A stretch of 64,000 nucleotides of DNA from Felis catus (GCF_018350175.1 NC_058368.1:213282001-213346000), one strand, 5' to 3'. Positions 49,342 through 60,150 are shown, counted from the stretch's first letter. Notes: generated by a model from the sequence alone, not told the origin. Numbers and translations: made by a program.

Positions 49342-49926
49342 CTCAACTTCTGTCTCTCTTCTGAGCTCTGTGAGGCCTCGACAGCCTCCATAAGGGAGAC
49401 ACTGTGACATGGCTTGTCTTACCCACCTGACAGCTTCGCTGATGACTCAGAAGGATAAACACTTTGTGAATGATGAAGCACCCTAGAAAACCATCCCTAC
49501 CAATAAAGGGCTTGCCTCCGGGAAGCTAGTAAAGGAGGCTATCTGTTAAAAAAAAAAAAATCTGTACGTTTGTGGAAAAAAAGGTTAGAAACTCACCTTT
49601 GCTGCTTCTGCTGTCTTTCCCATCCTCTTTCTCTTCTGCATCCTCCTTGTGGGGATGAAGAAGGGAATATTGACAAAATTCAATGTGATGGAGTATAGTT
49701 TTTTGGTAATACGATTTACTAATGTGAAGAATGGAATTCTTTCAGGAGGTGATAACAATTTCACTTAATTGGGGTTCAGAGTGTTCCCTGTCATCAAAAT
49801 CAGTTGCAAACGCTCATGTGTCAGTGTTTGGTCAGTAACGAGGTTTTACTATTTCGCCCTAAAATGTCTTTCGTACAGATCGGTACTGCCAAATACTGAA
49901 ATGAGTCTAGTCACAGGCATGTAACT

Positions 49927-49928
49927 AT

Positions 49929-49971
<43 letters not shown>

Positions 49972-50038
49972 TTTTAATATATGAAATTTATTGTCAAATT
50001 GGTTTCCATATAACACCCAGTGCTCATCCCAAAAGGTT
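49927..50038 (-). mobile_element. Extremely 5'-truncated felid L1 (L1_Fc-like 3' terminus) with (TAAA)n tail
   Basis: aatatatgaaatttattgtcaaattggtttccat..aacacccagtgctcatcccaaaaggt; TSD aggcatgt(a/g)act at 49915-49926 and 50039-50050. Confidence 0.85.
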
Positions 50039-50222
50039 AGGCATGTGACTTTAATTGAGCATATTCATTGTGTGGAGTGAGATGGAGTCGACTGTGTTTC
50101 CCAGGGAATACAGTGCTCAGAAGTGGTTTCCATGGCTGTTGAGATGGCTGCCCCTGAACTCAGGACAGCTGGCCTTGGCCTTGTAGTGCCTGCTCAGTAA
50201 TGCGTGTCTTGTTTTCACATAG

Positions 50223-50387
50223 GTTCCTGTGTTCCTGCTTTTCTTAGATTGTGTCTGGCAGCTGGTGCACCAGCACCCCCCAGCATTTGATTTCACGGAG
50301 ACTTACCTGACTGTGTTGTCAGATAGCCTGTACATACCTATTTTTAGCACCTTCTTCTTCAATTCGCCTCATCAGAAAGATAACGTG
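50223..50387 (+). CDS. MTMR12: MTMR12 exon 14 (165 nt): VPVFLLFLDCVWQLVHQHPPAFDFTETYLTVLSDSLYIPIFSTFFFNSPHQKDNV
   Basis: Acceptor ttcacatag|GTT, donor GTG|gtaaga; SID-region P.F..FLDCVWQL motif. Confidence 0.96.
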
Positions 50388-50459
50388 GTAAGAGTCCCTC
50401 TTAGGAACCTGTGTCTTAAAGAAGCCCTGATTCATGAGTTTATTGCAATAGTTTTGATG

Positions 50460-50640
50460 ATAAAAATATTTATAGAACACTATATACTGGGCCCTGTTTT
50501 GCGCGCTTTCTGGGTATTGGTAATTGTCACAGCATCCTGTGGGGGGTATATTCTTATTCCTGAGGAGTCAAGGCACTGAGAGGATGGGGAACTGGCCCAA
50601 GTCCACATTGGGAGCAAGTGTTGGAGCTGAGGAATTAAGC
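50460..50640 (-). mobile_element. MIR
   Basis: tgaggagtcaaggcactgagagg...actggcccaagtccaca. Confidence 0.6.
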
Positions 50641-51313
50641 AGAATTAAAAGCTGTCCTTGATAAAGCTGGTCAGCATTCTCTTCCGTTTGCCTGGTGCCT
50701 GGAGTTACTCTGGAGAGAATGGAGGCAAGGCAAAGCAGGGAAGCTTTTACTTTCCATCTTACACTCTTTTAAGTCTCTCCTAGGGCCTTGCTCCTGGGGG
50801 TTTTGCTTTCTAACCAAGCTTACGGCCTCTGACCGGCTTCCTCTCGGGGCTTCCTCTCGGCCCCGGGTTTGCTTGAGCTGGGCCTCCAGGAGCAGCGTTA
50901 GCCAATTCCTCGGTGAAGCGGAGGCACGGAGCCTGGGCTTCCAGTCCCCCGGCCCCGGTTTCAGATCCCAGCCGGTCACTCACCAGCTTCGTGAGCCTCA
51001 GGCGGTTCACTTCAGTTTTCTGAGCCTCAGTTTCCTAAATATAAAATGTGACATGACCTCCCAGAGTTGGTGTCAAAGTGCCCGTCAGCGGCTGACATGT
51101 GGCCTGCTGGAAAATAAGGTGACCTTCTTCCCTCTCCCTTCCCACCCAAAGTCTTAAATGAACGACCACTGAAGGCCGCAGCCTTTGAAAACGAGGAAGC
51201 CGTGAGTGTTTGGTCTCGGGGCAGGAGCGCCCTTTCTGGTGCCGCTCGGCATTGTGTGTTTGCTCTCCTCAGCCCCCCCTGGGAGCCGTCATGACCTGTG
51301 CTTGTTTTGGCAG

Positions 51314-51475
51314 GGCAGGGAAAGCCAGGATACACAAAGCAAGCCTTTGAATCTGCTCACCGTGTGGGATTGGTCTGTACAGTTTGAACCCAAAGCCCAG
51401 ATGTTGCTCAAAAACCCTCTTTATGTGGAAAAGCCAAAACTGGACAAAGGCCAGCGGAAAGGAACGCGTTTCAAA
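51314..51475 (+). CDS. MTMR12: MTMR12 exon 15 (162 nt): GRESQDTQSKPLNLLTVWDWSVQFEPKAQMLLKNPLYVEKPKLDKGQRKGTRFK
   Basis: Acceptor ttttggcag|GGC, donor AAA|gtaaga; W...NPLY motif. Confidence 0.95.
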
Positions 51476-51819
51476 GTAAGATGTCCACGTGTCTAACCCC
51501 TTTCATCTGCCCAGGATCCCCGGGTATGGCAGGAAAAAGTGACATATGGATTCTGTAAACAGTCTGAAGAGTCAAGATTTGTGGCAGGCCAACTGTCAGG
51601 GCCCATGAGAATCATTTGCTTTCAGCAAATCAGCCTTTGCCCCGATGAGACATGACCATTTGCTGAATGTCACCGGGGATGTTACTGCCAAGACAGTTGT
51701 ACTGCATGGGATTGTGTGAACCCTCTACCTGAGTGTGGTTAGCAGAGTAAAAGATGCATTGATTGTGGGATTTGCTCGGTCTGTACTGGTTCATGTCTTC
51801 AATAGCAAGACCTTTCCTG

Positions 51820-51990
51820 ATGAGGTAGCTACAGCTTTTTCTGTTAAGGGCTGTCCAGTCTCCCCACTGTATTGATGTGCAGAAGTAGCCACAGACAGCA
51901 CATAAGCAAATAGGCACGGCTGTGTTCCAGGATTTATAAAAATAGGCAGCAGGCCAGATTTGGCCGTGGGCTGTCATTTGCTGACCCGTG
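51820..51990 (+). mobile_element. MER58A-like hAT-Charlie element
   Basis: gcacggctgtgttcca...tttataaaaataggcagcaggccagatttggccgtgggctgtcatttgctgaccc. Confidence 0.75.
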
Positions 51991-53039
51991 CTGTGAATCA
52001 CAAGTGTCAAATAATATGGATATCCCTTCAGATATATGTTCTTGATTGTAGTTAATAAAATCCCAAAGTTCCCTAGATGACAAATGATTTCTGTGGCATT
52101 TCCTAGCTCTTTCTCCTGGCCTGGAATTTCCCCCCACCAGACCCAACGAAGGGGAAAGTGGTAGTGGTGAATCCCAAGTCATTGTGTGTCTCTGCCTTCT
52201 CCACTGCCCTACTTCTGATCCCACCTGCCCTCCAGGGAGCCTGGCCAGTCTGGTGTGGGAGGTGCTCCATTCTAAGAGGCTTGGGGGCCAGGTGAACCAA
52301 AGCCCGCACTTGCAGAAGATGCCAGCTGCTGAACAACTTAGAACTGTTGCTTTACTCTTTCAAGGGACCTCAGGGCCGGGGTGGACGTTTCTCCTCCTGG
52401 TTTAGTCTCTTTCCTGCCAGCTGGACCAGAACTGCCCTGAGCTCCGGAACAGCTTGGCCAGAGGTCAGTTTTTCCTCGGTGTGCTGTGCCCCCTGGTGGC
52501 TGCATGCACACTTGTCACCTGTTCAGGATCCCAGAACTGCCCCGGGCCAGGGGCAGGGGACCTCAGAGACAGCCAGGGCCTGATCCCTTATTGTGCATGG
52601 GAGGAAAGTGACGTTCCCCTTTGCAAGACTGGATTTCACTTCTGTACTTACATCCAGTTTTCCTTGTACATACGTCCCTTTTCCTTGTAGTTAGGAGCAG
52701 ATGGCCTAGGCTCTAGGAGCTGACTGGTGCAGGAGGTTTGAGCCAAAGCTAAAGCAGAGTTGGGGTTGGGGCCACAAGGAACTTTGAAGCTTTTGGGTTA
52801 GGACACCACACATAGGGCTTAGGGCCCCTTGTTGAGTGGGCAGGCGGCCTTGGAGAAGTTCTGTAGAAACTAAGAGGCTGTGGCGGACCAGCATGAAGCA
52901 CTGCTTGTGAACAGCCACATGAGGCTGCAGGGCCTGCTCTGGTGTGCACTCTCAGCCTCAGCCTTGACCAGGCTTCCCTCCCAGCATGCCCTTCTTGAGC
53001 CCTCTGTTCACTTAGGGGTTGAGAGAAAGGGCTCTCGAG

Positions 53040-53270
53040 ACCAGTGGAGCTCTGTTAGAGCGCAGTCTCTGGAGCCAGACTGATTTTTGTAAGACCACCT
53101 TTAGCACTTTCTAGCCGGGGTCTTTGTGGACTGCTTAACCTCTGTGCTTTAGTCTCCTCATTTGTGAAACAGGACAATAACGGTGACTGTGGAGATCGGC
53201 TAAGTCCATGCACGTAAAGCACTGAGCACAAAACCTGGCAGGCAGTAAACACTCAGTGGCTGTTAGCTTC
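53040..53270 (+). mobile_element. MIR
   Basis: ctctggagccagactg...cttaacctctgtgctttagtctcctcatttgtgaaac...gtaaagcactgagcaca. Confidence 0.85.
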
Positions 53271-54334
53271 CGCCTGCAGTCAGCAGTCCCCTGTGTGGAC
53301 GGACTGGCCTTGATCCTTGGGGAGGAGAGGCCAGGCTGCTCTCCCACCCCCAGCTGGAAGGTCAGAAATCCTGGTCAGCTCTGAGTTGTGGCATTGTGGA
53401 TGGTTTTGCTTTTTTCTCATATGTTTATTATTATTCTATATTCCATAATAAAGAATGCTCTTTTTCACAAAGAAGAACCACTGGCAGGAGTATGTTAGAG
53501 AGTCATAGGGCTAGCCTGCCCAGAAAACTTGTCTGTTCTTATTTCAGACTCACACCTCAGGAGCAAAAGAGCTGGGGAGAAACAGCATCTCCCCACATTG
53601 CTGACCTTTCTGTGGGGCTCTGGGGTTCTTTGTAACCTCTTGACGTCTTTCCCCACCTTCACGGCTCCTCCCTGGCACTCCTCAGTATCGATCACCTTGC
53701 TTTGGCTGCAGGTAGAATTTACTCAGGAGGGAAGTAATGTACATGCTGTCACATTTTTTACTCGGTGCAGCACGTCAGGCAAGAACATCTGGCCAGTTTA
53801 GCCACTTCTCAAATTCCTTTTGCTCCCACCTGTCTCTCTGTCCAAAAGAATCTTTATGACATAGGCTTAAACTCCCACTGGCTGCCTGATAACCTACAAA
53901 TGCAGTTCATTTGAGTGATAGGATCTTCAGGTAGTTGGCTGCTGCTTCCTCTCAGGTGTTCAGAATTTCATTCTCAAAGAAGAAGCACTTTGCACTCTTC
54001 AAAAACTGAATAGGCCTGACATCCAGACTGCCCTGAATCCACAGCCTGTCTCGACTTAAGCTTGTTCTTCAAAAGTGCCTTAGTGCTCCTGTGCCAGGGG
54101 AAGGGGGGTAGACAGCTTCCCTCTCTGTCACAGCGCCCTGGTGCCTGCTTTCACCCATTTGTTTATGAACACGATGTGCATCCAACATTTGCATCATGGA
54201 ACAAATAAGAACCCCCCCCCCCCCCACTGTGTTACTGCTTTTTAATGGCTTTCCAGTCTCATGGCAGTTCTGATTTCTCATGAACGTAACTGCTCTCAGG
54301 CTAACCAGAGGTTTTTTTGTGTTTTCTCTCAAAG

Positions 54335-54904
54335 CATCAACGACAACTTTCTTTGCCACTCACACAATCTAAATCATCTCCCAAAAGAGGATTTTTCAGG
54401 GAAGAAACCGATCATTTAATTAAAAACCTTCTGGGCAAGAGAATTAGCAAATTAATTAACTCTTCCGATGAGCTACACGACAACTTTCGAGAGTTCTATG
54501 ACAGCTGGCACAGCAAACCCACTGACTACCACGGTCTGTTGTTGCCGCACATTGAGGGTCCAGAAATCAAAGTGTGGGCTCAGCGCTACTTGCGTTGGAT
54601 TCCAGAAGCCCAAATCCTGGGCGGTGGCAGAGCGGCCACCGTGAGCAAACTCTTGGAAATGATGGAGGAAGTAGAGCGCTTACAAGAGAAAATCGACGCG
54701 AGACCCCATGGCCAGGGGGCGCTCCTGGCAGAGGCCCCCTTGTTGCTGAGGGGCTCTGCCCGCCTGTCGGCCCTGTTTCCTTTCGCTCTGCTGCAGCGAC
54801 ATCCCTCTAAGCCGGTCTTGCCCACCAGCGGCTGGAAAGCTCTGGGTGATGAAGAAGATCTGGCCAAACGAGAAGACGAGTTTGTGGACCTAGGGGATGT
54901 GTGA
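54335..54904 (+). CDS. MTMR12: MTMR12 exon 16 coding part (570 nt): HQRQLSLPLTQSKSSPKRGFF...EDEFVDLGDV* (3-PAP C-terminal region with coiled coil)
   Basis: Acceptor ctctcaaag|CAT; ORF 54317..54904; TGA at 54902-54904. Confidence 0.97.
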   Translation, partial: HQRQLSLPLTQSKSSPKRGFFREETDHLIKNLLGKRISKLINSSDELHDNFREFYDSWHSKPTDYHGLLLPHIEGPEIKVWAQRYLRWIPEAQILGGGRAATVSKLLEMMEEVERLQEKIDARPHGQGALLAEAPLLLRGSARLSALFPFALLQRHPSKPVLPTSGWKALGDEEDLAKREDEFVDLGDV

Positions 54905-57235
54905 CTCATCCACTCAGTGATGTGAAAGAGGAACGTTGAAGGTTGAGGCAGGAGTCCACCATGTTTGATCTCCGGATTAGCGGCTCATGCTTTACTGCTG
55001 TGGGGGTGGGGGGAGTGGGAGGCCTCAGGCATTAGTCCAGGGCTCTGTAGGAGGAAGCCGGGATCTTCAGGAAAAGAGCTGGTTCTCGTGGTTTTTTTTC
55101 TTTCTCCTGAAGACTATGCAATTAAAATCATATCTCTAGTATTATTAATTGGAAGGAGTTACTACTTGACCTAAAAAAGAACTGTGGCCATTGTGCATAA
55201 GTATTATATACAACCTGCAGTGGCTGGTTTACTACGAGAAAGGGCTTTGGTCAGACACTCTTGGACTCAATGCTTTCTTCAGATCTTTTTTGTGCCAAGA
55301 TAATTTATCCAGTCATTGGGAATTTATCCAGTCTACCCATCTTAGCTTGGAGAAAGTGCAGCTTTATGTGATGTGTGTATGGCAAATCGAAAGACTCACT
55401 TAGAGGTATTAAGATTATGGCATTCCTTTAAGCCATAGTATTTTTCCTTTCTGTGTCCTCTTGCCTGAGAAAAGCTGGGGAAATTCCACCCATAGCGCCC
55501 ATCCTGACATTTCCAACCATCCCCCGTCCTGCATAGACTGTGTCACTTTGTGTGGGGTTGGTGGGCTAGCCAAGCAGCCACACCGCCCTTTTGTGTGCTG
55601 ACAGCTCCGGGTCTCTCTCTGCCTACTGGGCACCCCTCACTGCCGTCCCTCCATGCTCCCCGCCACGGGGCATGTAGTCCAGAATCTTGCTGCTGAATCT
55701 GTTGGTTAAACTGGGGGAATCCCTTTGGTTTGCCTGAAGGAGCTTCCATGCTTCTGGAGCCTCTCAGTGTTTGAAAGTAATGGCTTTGCCTTTTTCTGAC
55801 AGTGTGCTGAGGCTTGGGAACGCTTGTGACCTCCGCAGCAGCCCTCCCAGACATGAGCAGGATCATTTTTGAACGTGGCTTTCATAGGGAAGCAACTGAG
55901 CATAAATATGAGAAGCGATGGTTATCATATAGTACCTCAATGATTTAAAAAGCCATAGAAGAAACTTGACTATGCCTGGTGACCTTCTTGAATCTGCTGT
56001 CTAAATGGTATATATTTTGTAATGCAGGAAAGTACACTTTGTAAAGACCAGTTTTTTCATTCTCAGTAGAACCCTGTTAAATCCCACAAAAGGAAGGTGG
56101 GGGAGGGGGGAACTAATGTTAGAATGTTTCAAATAGAATGTTTGCCTTTGATATACATTTGCTATCCAGGATAGATCCCAATTTGAATGTTACATGTTTA
56201 GAAAAACTTCAGTTCTTTAAGGGCAATAAGAAATTTTGAAACTGTTGATAAAGAAGTTTCTCAGTTTGCACTGAATATTGTCTTTCTGTTTGTACAAGAA
56301 ATTGCTTTGCTCTTCTCCCCTCTTCATGTTGGCACATGAGCCATGTTGGTCTGTTAAAATGACAGAGGTTGAGGAGAGGGCAGGATTCGTGCATTGGGGT
56401 CCAAACACATGTCCGGTCTTGGTTGCCTTAAGTCTCACTAGTGAGTTCAGTGTTAGGCTTGCAGTAGGGATTTTGCAAATACACTAGTCTATGAGCTACC
56501 TTAACATACGTTCTGTGGGCCTTCTTAAACTAGCACTAACCTCCACTTCTCTGCCCCGTTGCCTCCCAGATACACTATGGAGCTATTTTTGTTACCATAT
56601 TATAACACGAATATTTATACAGTAGCCTCTTCAATCTTAGAATCTTAGTAATTTTCATTCCAAAAATGCCCGGTGTGATGCTTTACACTCCACAAAGTAT
56701 GGTTTAAAGGCACAAGGTCATGGCCCTTGTCATAGCAGTTGAATGTGCATTGAAGTATTTTTCTATGATTTTTTTAAAAATTACAATAGAAAAATAAGCT
56801 GTTGTAACGTGAGGTCATGACAATTTATGTATTTATATTTGAAATCAGATTTCTATAAACTTGTATTTGTGTACAGAATTCTTAGTGGGTTTATATATTG
56901 TGACATTTTTATTCAAGATTGAGATATGGATTATGCTTAACAGTAAAAACTGAAATGAGACCATTTACTTTGTTTAAAATGCTGCACTGTGCAAGTTTGG
57001 AAATGTACATTAATTTACTGTATATAATATCCTGAGTTTGTTTATACCTCCAAGTTTTTACACTGAAGATAAATTAGCTTTAATTACATTAAAAACTTTT
57101 TTTTTTTTTAGGGAATAAGCTGTTGGGCTATATCTGTATAAATGTGCTTTTTATTTTCTGGATGTATGAAAGTTTATACTTGTATCTCACTGCATCATAC
57201 CTGATTGCAGAAATTAAAGCACAATTTACAAGCAG
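54905..57235 (+). other. MTMR12: MTMR12 3' UTR (~2.3 kb; end approximate)
   Basis: Follows the stop codon, contains no recognisable interspersed repeat, becomes AU-rich distally and ends after ATTAAA. Confidence 0.75.
57213..57218 (+). terminator. Likely polyadenylation signal ATTAAA (alternative ATTAAA at 57088-57093)
   Basis: Several upstream TGTA motifs, CA dinucleotides 10-16 nt downstream, then GT-rich sequence to ~57325. Confidence 0.7.
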
Positions 57236-57359
57236 TGCTGCGTTCGATGTGGTTGATATAACATGGAACAATTACTTTCATTCAGTGTGTGTTGGGTTGA
57301 GTTGGTTGATTGGTTGGTAGTGGTGGGAAACAATGACCAAATAAATATTTAAAATTTTA

Positions 57360-57461
57360 GGAGCACATGGCTGGTTCAGTCAGTAGAGCATGTGACTCTT
57401 GATCTTGGAGCCGTGAGTTTGAGCCCCACGTTGGGTATAGAGTTTACTAAAACAAAAAAAG
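57360..57461 (+). mobile_element. Short Can-SINE just past the gene end
   Basis: TSD taaaattttagg at 57350-57361 and 57462-57473. Confidence 0.88.
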
Positions 57462-58512
57462 TAAAATTTTAGGTGGTGATGATATGATATGAAGAAAAAA
57501 TAAAATAAGGCAAGAGCCCTGCACGGCAAATAAAGGAAAAGGGTTTTTGCAAACATGTGAAATTAAATATTGCTGCCGCTTTGCTTTTGCGGGGATATGT
57601 GAGACGTCTGTTTTATTGCTGAAAGAGATCTGAGTTCATTCAGTTAAACCATGAATAAGAAGAAGCTTTGTTTTGCCTTCCAGAGAGGAGAAATGAGATA
57701 GTGTGTGATGGTAGGATTTTTTCTAATTTGTTCAGTTTAACACTTACTAGATTGAGACCTATCACTTGTCTTTGTTGGGAGAGTTCCATTTCCTTGACCT
57801 TTCCGGCCTGTAGCCCTCTCCCTTTTGGGGACCAGAGAAGATGTCCCCCTCCTCTGCTCACCTACTCCTATTATGTTCAGCCAGGCCTGTCTCTTTGTTA
57901 CCAAGCCAGCTCTGAGACATCCCTGGAACTTAGTAAGCCCCCATTGCTGCCACATTCTTTTCATGGTTCTTCCGGAACAAATTCCCAAGTAGCAGTTATG
58001 ACCCTATAGGTGAGTGGATTCTAGTCCTGTTTCCCACATTTCTTTAACAGCTCTTGAACTTTTGGTGGACTTGGCAATCTCTCCTGATTTTGCTTGTTCC
58101 TTGATTTCCAGGTGAGGGCATTGGGGGTTTGGGAGGAACAGGTAAAGAGTGGGGCCTATCCCATCTAACATGAAACAGCACTGGGTGGGGCTCCTGTTGA
58201 GAACAGACTCCTGGCTCCTGTGCTGGGCGGGGACCTGGGGGCAGAGGGAGCCTGTTTTCAAAACCCTTCCTATGGTTGCAAAGTTGCTCAACAGAGGTCA
58301 AGTTTCCTCAGCTGTGCGTGCTTTGCTTAGGCCCCACTGGGACTCCAGAGCATTTATGAAGCTGGCCCTGGTACAGGACAAATTGGGGCTGGGACAGGAA
58401 CCTCCCCCTCAACAGCCCATTGCAGGGTTGGTCTGTAATGACCATGGCCTTCCACATAGGCCGTTCCCACAGCCTCCCCAACACAACATACTGCCCTTAA
58501 GAATAGGATGGA

Positions 58513-58940
58513 GGGGCGCCTGGGTAGGCTCCCGACTTCAGCTCAAGTCATGATCTCACGGCTTGTGGGTTCGAGTCCCACATCGGGCTCTGTGCTGACA
58601 GCTCAGAGCCTGGAGCCTGCTTGGACTCTGTGTGTCCCTCTCTCTGCCCCTCCCCAGTTCGTGCTCTGTCTCTCTCTCTCTCTCAAAAATAAATAGACAT
58701 TAAAAAAAATTTTTTCTAGGGGCGCCTGGTTGGCGCAGTCGGTTAAGCGTCCGACTTCAGCCAGGTCACGATCTCGCAGTCCGTGAGTTCGAGCCCCGCG
58801 TCAGGCTCTGGGCTGATGGCTCGGAGCCTGGAGCCTGTTTCCGATTCTGTGTCTCCCTCTCTCTCTGCCCCTCCCCCGTTCATGCTCTGTCTCTCTCTGT
58901 CCCAAAAATAAATAAAAAACATTGAAAAAAAAATTTTTAA
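58513..58940 (+). mobile_element. Two tandem SINEC_Fc-type SINEs (58513-~58710; young 58719-~58935)
   Basis: Outer TSD taggatggagg at 58504-58514 and 58948-58958. Confidence 0.93.
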
Positions 58941-59363
58941 AGAATATTAGGATGGAGGTGGGTGAGGGAAGACCTGTTTGTGCTATGGATTCCAATGTAA
59001 GGAGGGATGTGTATGTTGATAACCAGCCATGGGTAATATTTTAAATATCATTTATAGATTGAAGAGGAAAACAGTTTGTTGGAGTGATGCTTTTGTGTCT
59101 TTAAAAACACAGACATCTCAGCCTATTTTGTGGTTCAGGCCCAGGTTCTTTTTTTTTCTTTTGAATCCTATTACATCGTCTGCCTCTAGCAATTAAGGGA
59201 TACGAAGTGTATAATCATATGGAAATACACACAGTAAGCTTTTTTGGCCTTCTGTTAAGAAAAACTTTCCGGTTTTGCTAGCTAGTCCAGTTTTTGTAAA
59301 GCAATGAACTTTTTTTAAATTTAGATTTGAGTATTACTTTTATAAAAGGCTGTGTGTCTTGCT

Positions 59364-59364
<1 letters not shown>

Positions 59365-59411
<47 letters not shown>
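59365..59411. repeat. Poly(C) homopolymer, 47 nt
   Basis: Read directly from the sequence. Confidence 0.9.
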
Positions 59412-59412
<1 letters not shown>

Positions 59413-59751
59413 CTCCCAAATCCAGCATGGAGGGCTTTGCAAATTACCATTTCCCTGAGGTTTGGGGCCAGGCGAATGTGGTGCTTCTTTCTCCCCAGCC
59501 CCGAAAGGGTACAGCATGTGCCATTCTTGGGTCAGAAAGGAATGCAGACGGAGTACATTTTATCCCTCAGACTGCCCCCAGGACCTGGCCTTGCAATGCT
59601 CCTGCAGGATCTTCCAGAAGAGTGGAACACAGCCGATCCCCAGACCCTCCAGGGCGGAAAGCAGCAGGAGCGATTGCCTGGGTGGAGGTGTGGGGGCGGG
59701 GCTGGGAAGGGGCCTGACGGAGTGTTCCGGAATGAAGGGAGCATTCTAGAT

Positions 59752-60150
59752 CTTTTTTGTCCCCTCCAATTATAACTGACATACGACGCTGTATCCGTTT
59801 CAGGTACCGCAAGTTGGTTGCTCCGTGCTCACCACAGTGTCCTCGCCATCTGGTGCCATACAGTGTCATTATAATATTGTCGCTTGTCTCCTATGCTGTA
59901 CTTTCCATCTCTGGGACTTCTTTTATAACTGGATGTGTGTACCTCTTAATCACACAGAGCTCCGACATCCCCCCGCCCACCTCCCCTCTGGCAACCACCA
60001 GTTGTCTGTATTTAATAAGAGTCTTTGTTTTTTTGTTTATAAATTTGTGTTGTCTTTTGATTCTACATATAAGTGAAATCCTAAAATAGTTGTCTTTCTC
60101 TGACTTACTTCACTTAGCATCCTACCCTCTAGGCCCACTCGTGTTGCTGC
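59752..60150 (-). mobile_element. Carnivore L1 3' fragment (a further + strand L1-like fragment follows to ~60520)
   Basis: cccctctggcaaccacca...ttttgattctacatataagtgaaatc...tctgacttacttcacttagcat. Confidence 0.8.

Larger units (their letters stand above)
1..57235 (+). other. MTMR12: MTMR12 transcription unit, 5'-partial (intron 1 through 3' UTR; exon 1 outside the window)
   Basis: 15 exons splice into one ORF matching the MTMR12 protein as I recall it (EIHTNEKEVTEKEVTLHLLPG...EDEFVDLGDV*). No exon 1 (MLGKG...) or CpG-island promoter seen in 1-16574. Confidence 0.95.

Noticed and set aside
54586..54909. 107-aa ORF antisense to exon 16
   Set aside because: Shadow ORF of GC-rich coding sequence, with no independent support.
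55302..55333. Short direct repeats (aatttatccagtc twice; similar cases near 14680, 40293 and 56633)
   Set aside because: Ordinary slippage duplications with no sign of function.
59341..59701. TATAAAAG at 59341 and a GC box near 59693 as a promoter
   Set aside because: Isolated motifs, GC box downstream of the TATA, no CpG island and no downstream exon evidence.
59278..59775. Poly-Pro and poly-Gly ORFs
   Set aside because: Artefacts of translating the C47 homopolymer.
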